Positions 18,686 to 34,227 of a stretch of 64,000 nucleotides of DNA are shown one piece after another. A program made the translations under genes and the position numbers. The stretch comes from Vicugna vicugna (lineage: Eukaryota): positions 74,992 through 138,991 of the forward strand of contig MU057555.1 in assembly GCA_013265495.1 (NCBI GenBank), given 5' to 3'. The notes below the pieces were generated by a model. It was not told where the DNA came from. It saw only the letters and a list, made by a program, of their open reading frames with translations, and did not search any database. How positions within the stretch are numbered: position 1 is the stretch's first letter; every line of letters begins with the position of its first letter.

Positions 18686-21255
18686 CTGCATGGTTATCTT
18701 GAGGGCTACATGAGAGGCTGATGTGTGGGATAATGGTGTGAAGGCACGAGGGGAGCCCTAACTAAGTACCACCTGATACCTCATGAAATTGCATTAGGCT
18801 CTGGGAGATGGTGAGAGGTCTAAGATGCCTTCACTGCTGTCTGGGAGTTGACAGTCCTACAAGGGGCCAGGGGGATGGACAGAAGGGGACATGACTAATA
18901 ATAGCAGCTGGACACCCACCACAAAGTAAGCACCAACCTGCCTGTGTTACCTGGTGATTTAATCCTTAAAACAGCTTTAAGAGGTGGCTGCTGCTATTAG
19001 CCCATTTTCTAGTTGGGAAGGACTGATCGGGTTGGGGGCTGAGTGCTACTACAGAGAAATGTTTTCTAGGGGTGTAGAGGAAAGGAAGCATAATTCTAAA
19101 CAAGTAGGAGATGGTCGAACCTAATTAAACAAGATTCTAATTCTTCTTTCAAGGCCCTGCATGGTCTCCAAGCGCACCTCAACAACCACATCCCAGTAGT
19201 TGCCTGCCCCACCAGCCTCCTTTGTGTTAGCTTCACCCATGTCACCTCAGGGCCTTTGCACTTGGTGTTCCTACCACTCTTTGTGCAGCTGCCGCCCCTG
19301 CGCCCATGTCCTTTGGGTCTGAAGGCACACCGGGAATGTGATGTAACTCAGAAAGGTGGGCTTGTGGTCAGAGTTGGGACGGGGGGTGGGGCTTGGCTGA
19401 GTTCTCCAAGGAGCTGCTGCAGGCGGAGGCCAGATTGCCAGGGACTGCTAGGAGAGAGTGGGAGGAGGGAAGAAAGGCAGCAGCCTAGACTGCTCATTCC
19501 CGGAGGTGGCAGTGAGGGAAGAGTGGAGAATAGCTGGGGGAGGCTGGGCGAAGGCAGAAGGCCTCCTGAAGGGGAGCAGAAAGAGCAGCACCCAGGACCC
19601 TCAGATCGGGGCCCCAGGTGGGCAGCAGACCCCAACTCTGGCCTCAGCCTGTCATGGCTTCCCTTCTCGGCTCTGGCTTCTCTGAGTCCCAGTTTTCCCA
19701 GTCATGAAATGGGTCTTGCTGTGGTGGCTGCAGAGGACGAGCTTGGCCTGGGCCAGCCGCAGTCAGGAAGCCTCAGCCGCTGTTACCTCCTGATTCTTGG
19801 GCAGGAGCCAGGTGGCCTGGATGTGATCCCGGGCCTCGCTCTCCTCATCCATGAAATGGCAGGAAGACGCATGTCTTCCTCAGAAACTGGTGAGAAGAAT
19901 AATTGCACCCTCACCAGGTGCTGGTGCACAGTAGGGGCAATGTGAGTGCCAGCTAGCTGCTAATCCTATCACCACTGTGGAATTAAGGGAAGCTTTTCAG
20001 AGAAAAAGATGAATCAAATGTGCATGCTTTAAAAAAAAAAAAGATCTGTACAGCCAGGTATTGCCTTGCTCCTCAGTAGCTCGTTTGCCTAATCTGCCTT
20101 ACACTCCGTCCCCTACGGAGGGTCCGAATGGCTTTGGGCCAGGAACACACCCTGAGCAGCCTGGGAGTGTGCCACTTTCCTACCCCCAGCCGTGTTGCTG
20201 AGCTGAGTGAAGAGTTGTGGGGTTCTCCAGGGGCCTTTGGTCCTTCTTACACTTGGAGTTGGTGGGTTCCCTTAAATGGCTTACATGTCAGTGGGCCGCT
20301 CACCACTTCCCTGGAAAGTCAGCTGGAAGGACAGTCCCTGGTGAGGCCCAAGTCTGTCCCCCAGCCTCTGCTGGCTGGGGAACTCACAGCTCCCTTCTCA
20401 AAGAGCTGGCAGTTTCAACTCCCAGGAATTGCACTTCCACACAAAAAATTCTGTTTCCAGCCCTCCACCCACCACACTTATGTTGAGCCCCAAGTGGGAC
20501 CCTGACTGTGGGCCACCGACATTGCGCGGCTGCTGGAGGAGGGTGCCTGTCTGCCCAGCACCCTTCACTTGGGCCCCAGCAGCCCCCTACCACGGTGCAG
20601 GTGGCTCCCCTGCCCAGCCTCAGAGACCTCTTCCGAGTTTCTCTGTTCTTGTCACAATGTGACTGAAAGAGGAGTTCGATTGGAAGTAATGGAAATAATT
20701 CTTCATTCATTCCATTCATTCCGCAAACAGCGACTGTGTGTCCGTCCAGTTGTTAGGGGCAGGGGACACAGCAGTGTGAATCAGACAGGCAGATGCCCTG
20801 CCCGGGTGGAGTGGACACATAGCCAAAGGCCTATCTAATGGGTAGATGGTGGAAGAATCAAGCAAGAGAAGCAGTTGGAGGAATTGGGATCAGGAAAGGC
20901 TCTGACTTTGGAAATTTGAGATAAGTGACCAGGAGGGTAGAAGAGCTGTGACTGTCTTGGGGCCTGCATTTTAGGAGGGCCGAGAGCAGGCTGGTCTACA
21001 ATGCAGGGCCCCCATGCACATCGTAGGGGCCCAGGTGGTAAAAACTAGTTTTGAGGGATTCGGGGGTGTGAAACCGAGGGTCTGGAAGCAAGGGGGTGGG
21101 GGCGGGGCGGGCAGGGCGGGGCAGGGCAGGGCAGGAGGAGCTCAGCGGCCTGCACATCAGGTTGCATCTAGGGTGTGTGCAAGTGTGGCCTCCGTGGGAA
21201 GGTCCAGGCCAGGAGCTCTGTGAGGGAGTTGGGTGAGTAGATGGTGTTTTGAGCC

Positions 21256-21609
21256 TGTCTTAGTCGGCTTGGGCCACCATAACAAAATATCGTGGACTGG
21301 GGCGGCTTAAGCAACAGACATTTATTTTCTCACAGTTCTGGGGGCTGGAAGTCCCAGGTGCCAGTGTGGTCAGGTTCTGGTTGGGTTCTAGTGTGCTCAC
21401 GTGGCCTTTCCTCAGTGTGTGCGTTCAGAGAGAGAAAGAGAAATCTCTCCCTCTTACAAGGATAAGGAGTTCTGCTGGATTAGGGCCCCACTTTTTGTGA
21501 CCTCATTTAACCTTAATTACCTTCAAATAGGACCCCGTCTCCAAATACAGCCACACAGGGGATGAGGACTTTAACATGAATTGAGGGGCACATAATTCAG
21601 TCTGTAGCA
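21256..21609. mobile_element. MLT1(A-like) MaLR solo LTR with 5-bp TSD GAGCC
   Basis: TG...CA termini; aacaaaa...aacagacatttatt...ctcacagttctgg motif; GAGCC at 21251-21255 and 21610-21614. Confidence 0.85.
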
Positions 21610-24600
21610 GAGCCCCCAGACTGGGTGTGATCCCCTGGAGGAGAGAAGCACGCTGAGAACTGAGCCCAGAGTCAGCCTTTACTTTTCCTTCACTTTCTGG
21701 AAGGGCCTGTGCCTGCTTCTCTCTCCGGGCTCCGCACACCTTCCCTGTGCTGTGAGCCTACCACTACCTCGTCAGATCTCCCCTCACCTCTACCCCCTTG
21801 TGCCCCCTAGACCTCAGCTCCAGTGCTCTCTTCTGGATGAGGTCAGAGGCCCAGACCTGCACCTCACTGATCTGTGTGACCTTGGATGAATGGTCATGTC
21901 TCTTTCTGGACCATGAGCTCTGGAGGCAGGGCCTTGTATTAGTTGTGGCCTGCCCCAGGCAGGCACTTGGCAAATATTTGTTGAGTGACTGTTGAGTGGT
22001 CATGGAAACCGCGTGTCGTGCCCTTGCGTCTCGCTGGGAAACCCACTGTCGTCCAGGGATGGGGGCAGTGATGCTGGAAGGGTCCCATTGGCCTTGTGTG
22101 GGACTGAAGGCCACCCCTCCCCTCTGGGGGGATCTGGGGACCCCAGAAGATGCGCAGGCTGACGTGCCAAGTTGTGAGAAGAGAGCATTCAAATACAGTT
22201 TTCTGCCCTTGGGGAGTTTATAGGCAAGTGGTATTTAGTGTTCTTGGAGGTAAGCATAATGGTGCCAGGGCTGGGGGTAGGAGGAGTGCAGAAGAGGGCC
22301 TCTTCTCTAGTCTGGAGAGTTCTCAGAGCAGGGGGTAGCTGAGGCTGGAGGAGGAAGACACGGCAGCAGGAGAAGAAGGTCACCCCAGGAAGGTGCACGG
22401 CTTGGGCAAAGGTCTGACTGAGGGGAACTGTGCAGTGTGGGTGGGGGCAGAGTCATTGGGTGGCTTAGAGAGCCTGACCCCTGGCTCTTGTTCTCCCAGT
22501 TCCCAACCAGCAGGTGACCCAGGCCAGGCAGCAGCTGCGTTAGACCCGTTTCTCCTGGGAGCCAGATCATGGTTCCACAGCTCCTCCCTCGGGGCTGGGG
22601 TAGGAGAGGGGCTGCCACCAGACCACGGGCCGTGGTTCCTTCTGAGTCCTGCAGACTGGAACGGGCCATGAGAGGGAGGGCAGCCCAGGGTGGGTCTCTG
22701 GGGTCTCCAGTGGCCTCTTCCAACCCCATCCTCTCCCTACCCTGTCCTATTTGCAGGGGCAGTGAGGCAGGCCTACCACCCTACTCCCCATCACTGTAGG
22801 GGGGTTCCTGCGCACTGATTGTATTACCATTTTGCACAAGTTGTGTGCTTCCCCTGCCCCAACCAATTGGTGGAAGGCTTCAAAGCCCTGGATACTGGGT
22901 GCTCAGGCCCCATGGGGTTCACGAGGGCTGAGGATCCCAGCCTCAATGTCAGGTTGGCTCTCACCCTTGGGACCCCACTCCCTGCATCTCTGAGGACCTC
23001 AGTGCCCCCACTGCTGAGCACTCCCCACAAAGCCATCCTATGCCAATTCCCAGTGAAGGAGTCAGACCCTGAAGTCCAGCAGCTTGGGATGGTTCAGGCA
23101 GTGCTTTGGTACCCACCCATAAAGTGGGTTGATCCTAGCCCTCACTGGGGAGTGCTGTGAGCACTTATGTAGCCCTTGGAAAATGCATGCAGCAGTGCCC
23201 AGCACTCTGAGTGCACTTAGGATGACCCCTCGGAATGCCTTCTGTAGCCCCAGAAGCATGCACCTCCGTATTTGCACCTCCTTGGCCCTCTGTCCCCCTC
23301 CTCCAACACCACCCCCACTTCCAGCTGCCATGTCCCAGACTGGAGTCATCTGTTCCCGCCTTGGCACTCTCTCTACACTATATAACATGTTTACAAATAT
23401 TTATTGATCATCTACCTCTGTTCAGCTCATCATGAACTAATCTGCCAGAACACCTGCCCTCCTGGAGTTGACAGTCTCCTTGGAGGAGTACCTGTATATT
23501 ACTACTTTTAAAATGATGCCCTGGCTCCCCATAGAGGCTCGCTCCTGGGTCTGACCACTCTGCCAGTCTGTCTCTGTCCCTGCTCTCAACCCTGCCTCTG
23601 GTGCTGGGAAGTGTCCTAGGGCTGATCTAAGCCCCATTCTCTCTTGCTCCAGCTTCCCATTGTCCACTCTCAGATGTTCATCCTCACCAGGCCAGGGCCC
23701 TGCCTGTCCCATACCCTGTGCTGCCCTCTAGCCACTCAGGTCTCCTTGGGCATCTCCAGACTGCACCTGGCTCCTTCCTGCCCACAACTGTTGGTTGCTC
23801 TCTCCATCTCCCTGTCTTTACCTCGCCCCCTCCCTCCCCAAGATCAGCCACTTGGTGACATACTCACCCCAACTATAATCAGTCCTGTGTCTCCCCACTA
23901 GACAGTGATCCCCATGTGGACACAGCCAGTCCTCTTTAGGGCTGTGTCCCCAGTGCCTTGCAGTCCATCCGGGTGGGTTGGATGAATTCCTCCCCATTTG
24001 AACAGACTGAGGCAGAGAATTGGGGGGCTGACCTGGGGTCCCACAGCATCAGAACGCAGGTCTGAGGGGCTCTAGCTCCACTGCATGCCTGTCTTGCCTT
24101 GGTCCTCCCCCTTGGGGTGTGAGCCTTCCAAGCCCAGGGTCTAGAGCACCCCCTCAAGGACTAGAGGCCAGCCAGCCTCTTCCTTGGCTGCTTTGTCCCT
24201 GGTCACTTGGGCCCCATAGCCCCGAGGGGTTTCGGTTTGGCAGCTCTGGGCTCCATCCTTTGCCTCCTCTTGGTACCTCAGTTTCTCTTACCTCATTCAG
24301 AGGCTCATCTCCCAGCCTGTGCAGCCTTTAGTTTGATCTCCTGGGAGGTGTATGCTGCCTTCTAATTAGTGTTTCCCTGGCTCTGCCTCCCACTTCTGAT
24401 TGCCTTTTTGTTTTCCGTGGTGGTGACAGTGATTTTGATGAGGAGGAGGAGGGTACAGCCAAGGGAAATCATGGGTTTCAGTGCCCAGACAGGGTTTGAA
24501 TCTTGTCCCTACTGCTTACTCGTGTATGACCTCAGGATAGGCCTTAACTTCCACATGGTCTCAGTTTTCCCAGTTGAGAACTGGGAGTATGAAATCAGCC

Positions 24601-25549
24601 CCATAGGCTTGCTAAGAGGATTCAGGGAGCTCCTGCAGGTCACACGTCAGCTCCTCTGATAGTCTGCCTGCTGGGGGGGACAGGGTCTGCATCTCCCTCA
24701 GGGTCTCCCACAGGGAGCAGCTCAGTGAGTACAGGTTGAGTTTGCAGAATCAGGTTGGCATTATCAGTGTTTATTCCAAATAAAAAAGCAGAGGTTTGGA
24801 GTTTCTGGACCCTGAAGCGAGTCAGTTCTGGAGCCAGGACTTACGCTGGCCCCAGTGTGCACCTCTAAGCCATGGGTACATGGCCTTTTCTGTTCCTGCA
24901 GGCAGCCCTTTCTGAATGAACCTGTGTTACCAGGTAGGGTCCAAGTCTTCACTGCATCCCCACTGCTCAGCCCACAGAGGCAGCTTAGAATGGATTTGCT
25001 AAGGAATGAAAAACTGAAAGAAGCATGAGAGCTAACATGGGAGTGAAAGAATAACAGGGGACTCTAGTTAGTTCCTGCCTGGGGGCCTTTGCACATAGTC
25101 TTCTCCTTTCTCTTTCTTCTTGCCAGCCTGACTCTCTGCTTAGGCCCTCTTCTTCTCCCTACCCTGCCCATTCAGGGCCACTGCCCTCTACACCTGTAGA
25201 ATTACAGGGGACTCACTTTTACCAGTGGGGGCACGTGTAAAGCCCCATCTTCCCTCAAAGCCCTTTTATGATTATTACCTGCAGAGTATGGAACATGCCA
25301 TTCTCACTTGACCAGTTCTTCCTCCTGGGTATGAATGTGCACTGATGGAATAGGCTCAGATGCAGAAGTTCACACAATTGAGAGGTGCCAGGGCCCCCCA
25401 GGTGGTACCTCACAGGTCAGGCAGGGGGTGGACTCCCTGAGCAGGGGCTCAGGCAGTTCCTTAAATTCACATTTCTTTCTCCACTCACCCCTCAAGCACT
25501 TCAGGGTTAAATTTGCATGAATTAAATCTTTGTGGTGTGGTTTCACACA

Positions 25550-26460
25550 TTTTATTTATTTTAAAATACTATTTATTTCTGTAAATAAACAATACATTCA
25601 CCAGGTTCAAAATTTAAAAGACTCTTAAGAGTGTACATGGCAAGTCTCATTCACACTTCTGCCCAGAGGACATTAGTCTTACTATCTCTCCTTTCAACAG
25701 TTTTATGGAGATGCATACCATGCAGTTCACCCATTTAAAGTGTACAAGTTCAGTAGTTTTTAGTATTTTCAGAGATGTGCATCCATCACCACAGTTTCAG
25801 AACATTTTTCGTTAGGGCAAGAACCCTGCACCCGTTTGCTCACAATCCCAATCCGCCCAGCCCCTCAGCCCCTGGCAACCACTAATCTGCTTTCTGTGTC
25901 TGGATTTGCCTGTTCTGAACATTTCATATAAATGGGGTCATATAATATTTGGTCCTTTTGTCTGGCTTCTTGCATTTAGCATGTTTTTAAGGTTTATCCA
26001 AGCTGTAGCATGTACCAGTAGCTCGTTCCTTTTAATGGCTGAGTAGTATTCCATTGTGTGGGTGGACCACCTTTTGTTTATCCATTCATCCGTGGATGAA
26101 CATTTGGGTTATTTTCATCTTTTGCTTATTATCAGTAGTGCTGCAGCAAACATTCATGTACAGGTTTCTGGGTGGATATGTTTTCATTTGTCAAGTGTAG
26201 TTCCTAGAAGTGGAATCACCAGGTCATATGGTAACTTTATGTTTAACCATTTGAGGAACTGCTTTCCACAGCAGCTGCACCATTTTACATTCCTACCAGC
26301 AGTGTAGGAGGATTCCAGTTCATTTCTCACCCTCACCAATACTTATCTTTTTTATTCTTGCCAGCCTAGTGGGTGTAAAATGGTGTCTCATTGTGGTTTG
26401 GATTTGCATTTTCCTGATGACTATTGATGTTCATGCTCTTTCAGGGTTTCTTGGGTGGTC
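25550..26460 (-). mobile_element. Old L1 (L1M-type) 3' fragment in NACC1 intron 1
   Basis: AT-rich; cccctggcaaccactaatctgctttctg, tttatccattcatccgtggatgaacatttggg and ccattttacattcctaccagcagtg are antisense L1 3' motifs. Confidence 0.85.
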
Positions 26461-26910
26461 ATTCATTCATTCAACAAATGGTGATTGAGGGTCTTGTGCT
26501 CAGTACTGCAAAAACAGCGTGAAAAGTCGGATGACTCTGGCTTCTCAGTGTTTTTGTCCATGCCCTTCAACGTTAACCTGTTTGTGTAGTGCTAGTGATG
26601 GTGAATGCTCCCAGGGTGCTCACTGTGCTAACTCATTTAATATTCAAGCACTATGTAAGTATGCCTTTGCCCTCCTTTCTGCAAGGGACAGCATGCAGCC
26701 AGCCTGGCCTATTGCTGACTTAGCTGGTTTGACAGTGTCACAGGCAAGGCCAGGATGGGACAGGAGTAGGTGGCTCCTGCAAGTCTTACTGCCATGGCAA
26801 ACCCCACCACGTGGATGTCCGTGCTCCCATGTGTCTCTCTGCGGCCAGCTGAGTCTGCCGTCTGACCCGCCCCTCCAACTCTCCTTGTCCCCCATGCAGC
26901 CGCCGCCGCC

Positions 26911-29779
<2,869 letters not shown>

Positions 29780-32439
29780 CCCCCACCGGACCCTCCCGCG
29801 GGGCCGTCACACTCCCCCTCCTGTCACACCCTCCCACCATCTTGGTCACGAGCTACTGTCTGCCCTTCCCCAGGACCCGCGGGGGGCGCTGCATGCTCCC
29901 GGCCCCTCTGCCTCCCCTGTCCCACCCCCTGACGCCAATCCGATCGGGGATCGGGCTGGGAGAGGATGGCAGGTGGTGCGAGGTCTGCGTTGCCTTCTCC
30001 AGCACACACTCGTGCACAGTCGGAGAGCTCTTGCTCTCCCTCTCCTAACCCCTAGCAGTTGTCTCCCCACTCACCAGGCCAGGGGCAGGGAGGGGCCGGC
30101 CTGGGGGGCTTGGGAGGTCCCCTTTCTCAGGCCCTGGGCCACCCAGCGGGAGCATCCCTCAGCCTCCGCCCCCCACCGCAGCCCCTTGGGACTCGCGGGG
30201 GCCTGGGGTTCTCAGGACCCCTCCCACCACCACCTCCCAGTGCTTCCACGTTTCCAAAAGCGCCTTCCTGTCTCCCTCGCCTGTCCCTGCGCCTGGGGGC
30301 TGGGGTAGGCGAGGCTGTGAGGACTGCCCGTTTTACAGCTGAGGAAACTGAGGCTCAGAGAATTTCCATGACTGACCTAAGGTGGTGGGCGGTGGCAGGC
30401 CCAGCGCCCTTCTCTTCCTCCACCCTGTGCTTAGCCAGAGGGGCAGGTCCTGAGTAAGGGGGCCCTTAAGGGCAGACGGAGGGTCTCTGAGGATAGGAGA
30501 GGTTTCCGGGGCTTGCAGAAGCGTGTGGGTGTGCATGTGTGTGTGTGCGCGTGTGCTTGTGTAGAAGTTTTGCTTTTAAACAGATGAAGATATAAGAGAC
30601 AGTAGGACCAGGGGTGGAACCCAGGGGAGCAGGCTGGGGGAGGGGGGGCTGCTGCCTTTCCCTCCCTTCCCCACCCCCACCCCGCCACCAGCCCCCACCC
30701 CCTGCACATACTTTTTAAAACATTTTTTTAGCTAATGAAATATTGAAGTATAAGATTCCTTTTATTTTTCAAACCAATGGGACCGTATCTGATGTTCCCT
30801 TCGGTCCCTGGGGCCGTGGAAGACAAGATGGGGTAGGGAGCCGGGGACAGGCTGAATGTGCGCATGCATATGGAGTGTGGGCTTGCGTTTCCAAGGTGGG
30901 GTCCCAACCCCCACTCTGCCTGGGCTCCTGTGGGTCTGGCCAGCTCCCCCTCACCCCTGATGCCTCCCCCACGGAGCTACATTGGAAGAGCATCCCTGAT
31001 TTTGGTCAGTTGGCTGAGCCCAGTTCCTGGCAGGGCCAAGCCCACTTCCATTGTTAGCGATTGTTTGCAGAATTTTTTTCTTTCACCATTCCTCTCTTCC
31101 TAGCCTCTCCCAGCTCCATGAGTGGTTTTGTTTTTTTTGAATTTTATTTGTGAGCTGGAAGGATTCTGTTTTTTACCTCCCCGCCCCCCCGCCCTCGGCC
31201 ACACACACAGGGCGTCATTTCTTAGCAATTTCACATTTTTGTCTCTAGCCCTTGTCTTCTGTCTCCTCCCTAGTCTGACCAGCTCACTGCTCCCAGCAGC
31301 CCCTCTCTCTCTCTTTCTAGAGGCAGGGGGATTATGGGAGGTGGAGTAGGGGCCAGCTGGACCCTTGGAATCTGACTTGGAGGCCTCCCCCCTTACCCAG
31401 GAGCCCTTGCCAGCCTGCAGGGAGGGGGTCCTTCCTGACATCTCCTTGTTGCAGGGGTGGCTAGTATCACTCTGCTTTCCTGGCCCCAGCACCTAGCCCT
31501 CAGCCGGCCCGAGTGTGTGGGGGGAGTGGACACCCCCAGCTAAAGCACAAGCACCTTAGTCGCACCTCCCCTGCCCCTCATCCTGGCCTTGACACCCCAC
31601 CCCAGCATCGATCCCAAAGCACAATATCCTGGTCACTTGGCAAGCCGCCGGGCCAACTGAGGCCCAGGGGTGGGCTGGGGCACCAGCCAGACCCCAAAAG
31701 GAAGCAGGAGTCCCCAGGCGCTCCCCTCCTTCCAGGCCTTAGCGGGGGGCCAGCTCTCTGGGACTGGGGTCTTCTCCCTCCCCACCCCCTTGTCCTGGGC
31801 AGGCCCCTGCCCAGCCCCTCCCTGCCTTGTCCTCGGGTGGGGCTTGCCCCTATTCCTTCTCCAAGCTCCTGCAGCACTGGGTTGGGTGGCAGAGCCTTCT
31901 CATTTCAGGAACCCCAGGAGGTGCCCCTGGCTCCCGGGACTGTGTGTAGGGGGGTCTAGGGGGGTAAGGGGTGGAGAGAGGAGCTGGGCAGGGGTGCAGG
32001 GGAGGAAACTCCTCACCAGGAGAGCCAAAGACAGGGTTGTGCCTTACCCCAGGAGCCACCCCTGCGCCCCTCCCACCCTGCCCTCCCTGCTCCTGGGCGG
32101 CCTGCTGCTTTTCCTTCTCCCTTCCCCGCCCTGCCCGACCCTGAGCTGCATGGACCCCCCACGGGCAGCCAGGAAGGAGCATGAGTGGAGAATCATTGAA
32201 CAAAACAAAAACGACTGTGGGGGGCCCCCCTCTGCCTCCCCCGGCCGCCCATTCACCCGCACCTCTTTCACGCAGGACAGATGGCCCGCCCTGTCCGCGT
32301 GGAGTGCCAACGCCCTCCCTGCCCTGGGCCGAGCCCCCCTCCCCGGGCCCGTAAGTGAGATTGCACATTAACTACTGTAAGAAGAGGAGCCGCACTGGGA
32401 AATGTGAACCATGAGAATATCAGTGATACTGATGAGGAG

Positions 32440-32445
32440 AATAAA
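32440..32445 (+). terminator. NACC1: NACC1 poly(A) signal, ending a ~2.7 kb 3' UTR
   Basis: AATAAA at 32440-32445 after a lower-GC terminal block. Confidence 0.7.
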
Positions 32446-33289
32446 CTAAACGCCTTTGTAACAGTCCTGCTGCAAGCTGCTCACTGGGGGTGCTGGGTGG
32501 TGGGCCCAGGAAGGGACACCCACTGCACACCAGGGACCCCCTCTTTCCACAGAGCAACACCCCTGTTTTCCAGGGCTTCACGTTGGCAGGGGCCCTGCTC
32601 AGGGTGTGCTCAGAACATCAGCCTGAGAAGAGTGACATGGCCCTTTTTAGATGGGGAAACTAAGCTTCAGACCCAGACTGCCGACAGCATCCACTTTCTT
32701 CCAGGTTGCCCCACTGTGTAGAAACCCAACACCTGCCCCAGGCTGTTCGTCATATGTACGCCCTAAATCCTGCATGGACACCCTGCAGGAGCTCCTCCAA
32801 AGCTAGAAGGGCACCAGCTCCTTGGAATTGGCTGTGTTACAGACCCACTTGCTTGACACCCCCGGCCCCAGAAACACGTCCTGAACCATAAACCCACAGC
32901 CCTCACCCCTTCCCAAGCTAGTGCATCCACACGTCAGAAGGAACACTAAAGTTGGGATGGCAAGTCTAAATTTAGCCAGTGGTTTAAAACACCTGGAAGA
33001 GGTGTTAGGGTCCTGAGGGTACTAATGGAAAAAGGTTCTAGCAACAAATCAAAAAGACGCAAAGCACCTTTGGGGCCCATTGACTCAGATATGTCTCAAG
33101 TAGTGCGGGAAGACTACTGACCGAACCTAGGGGTCCCATCAAATCAAAAGATAATTGCTGGGAGTTGGAATAGGAGGTATTGTCTCTGCCCAGTCCAGCC
33201 CATGATGTATGGAGGAGATGATTGTGTGATGCTTCAATTCACAGGGTGACCAGGCTACGTGCCAGTAAGACCAACCCTCTCTGGAGTCC

Positions 33290-34200
33290 TGAAGCCCAGC
33301 ATCAGCTGACAGAAAATAGGGTTTGGGGGGAGCCAACAGGCATCAACAACAATCCAGAGGTGACTTGTCCAGGGTCACCTCAAGTAATAGGAAATCTGTC
33401 TTAACACGTAGGTAAATCCAGGTAGATGGAAACACACTCTGATCCCTAGAAGCACATCTTGTAACCCCTTAGAAGACTTAGAACCAAGCATAAAGGGGAT
33501 CAAGACAACCTGAACCACAGTATTAGTGGCTTTGCATTTTAAAAAAGAGGAATCTGTACCTATTTGGTTCTTTTTGACAAACCAGCCTAATGGAATGACA
33601 GACACCCCTGTAACCCACAGCACTTGACAACATGCAAATGAGTGACTGAGAAGGGTGGTTCTGATACATAATACTCAGGATGGAAACATCTAATACAGCA
33701 AACTAAGGTTCACATCACTTAACAAGTTTACTCTGCTTATAGGAATCATTTTGTACTCAGGAAGACTTTATAGCAAAGCCCTTAAATTTACAAACACTCC
33801 CTTGTTAGAGTGATGCGTCACAGAGGGATGGAAGTGACCAGGTGAACAAGGGAGTCCCGAGGTATTCAGAGGCCCCTCAGAAGTGACTGTTCATCTCCCC
33901 AGCTAAGGGATTTACCTACCTTAGACACAGAACAAGCAAAAGATATTTAGGCTGAACTTCAAAAGCTCAAGGAAGAATCAGGGTTTGGAATTTTCAATAG
34001 TAATAAAAATATCCATCATGAAAACCAACAGATAAACCAGAATAGTCTTCCACACCAACTGTGGACCATTGAAATCCCTAACATACACATGTGCACATAA
34101 GCGCACTTGGGCCTCCGGGGGTGCAAGCAGGAGGCTTAGAATAGTAGTTCCCATTCAGGTGCAGCCACAAGTTCAGATCAACAAACTGTATGATACAAAT
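33290..34200 (+). pseudogene. Candidate endogenous bornavirus-like nucleoprotein element (EBLN), degraded
   Basis: Lower-GC, coding-like island. Frameshifted translation gives colinear motifs (PGSPQVIGNLS*HVGKS, TPVT, LLIGII, *PGEQ, LPTLDTEQAKDI*AELQKLKEE, IFNSNKNIHH, SLP, WTIEIP) resembling BoDV-1 N as recalled from memory. Not confirmed computationally. Confidence 0.55.
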
Positions 34201-34221
34201 ACATATAACAAAGGCTAGGAT

Positions 34222-34227
34222 TTTATT
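34222..34227 (-). terminator. STX10: STX10 poly(A) signal
   Basis: tttatt on + (AATAAA on -), about 290 nt after the STX10 stop. Confidence 0.7.

Noticed and set aside
33375..33623. 82-aa minus-strand ORF in the candidate EBLN
   Set aside because: No recognisable similarity; the informative motifs are on the + strand.
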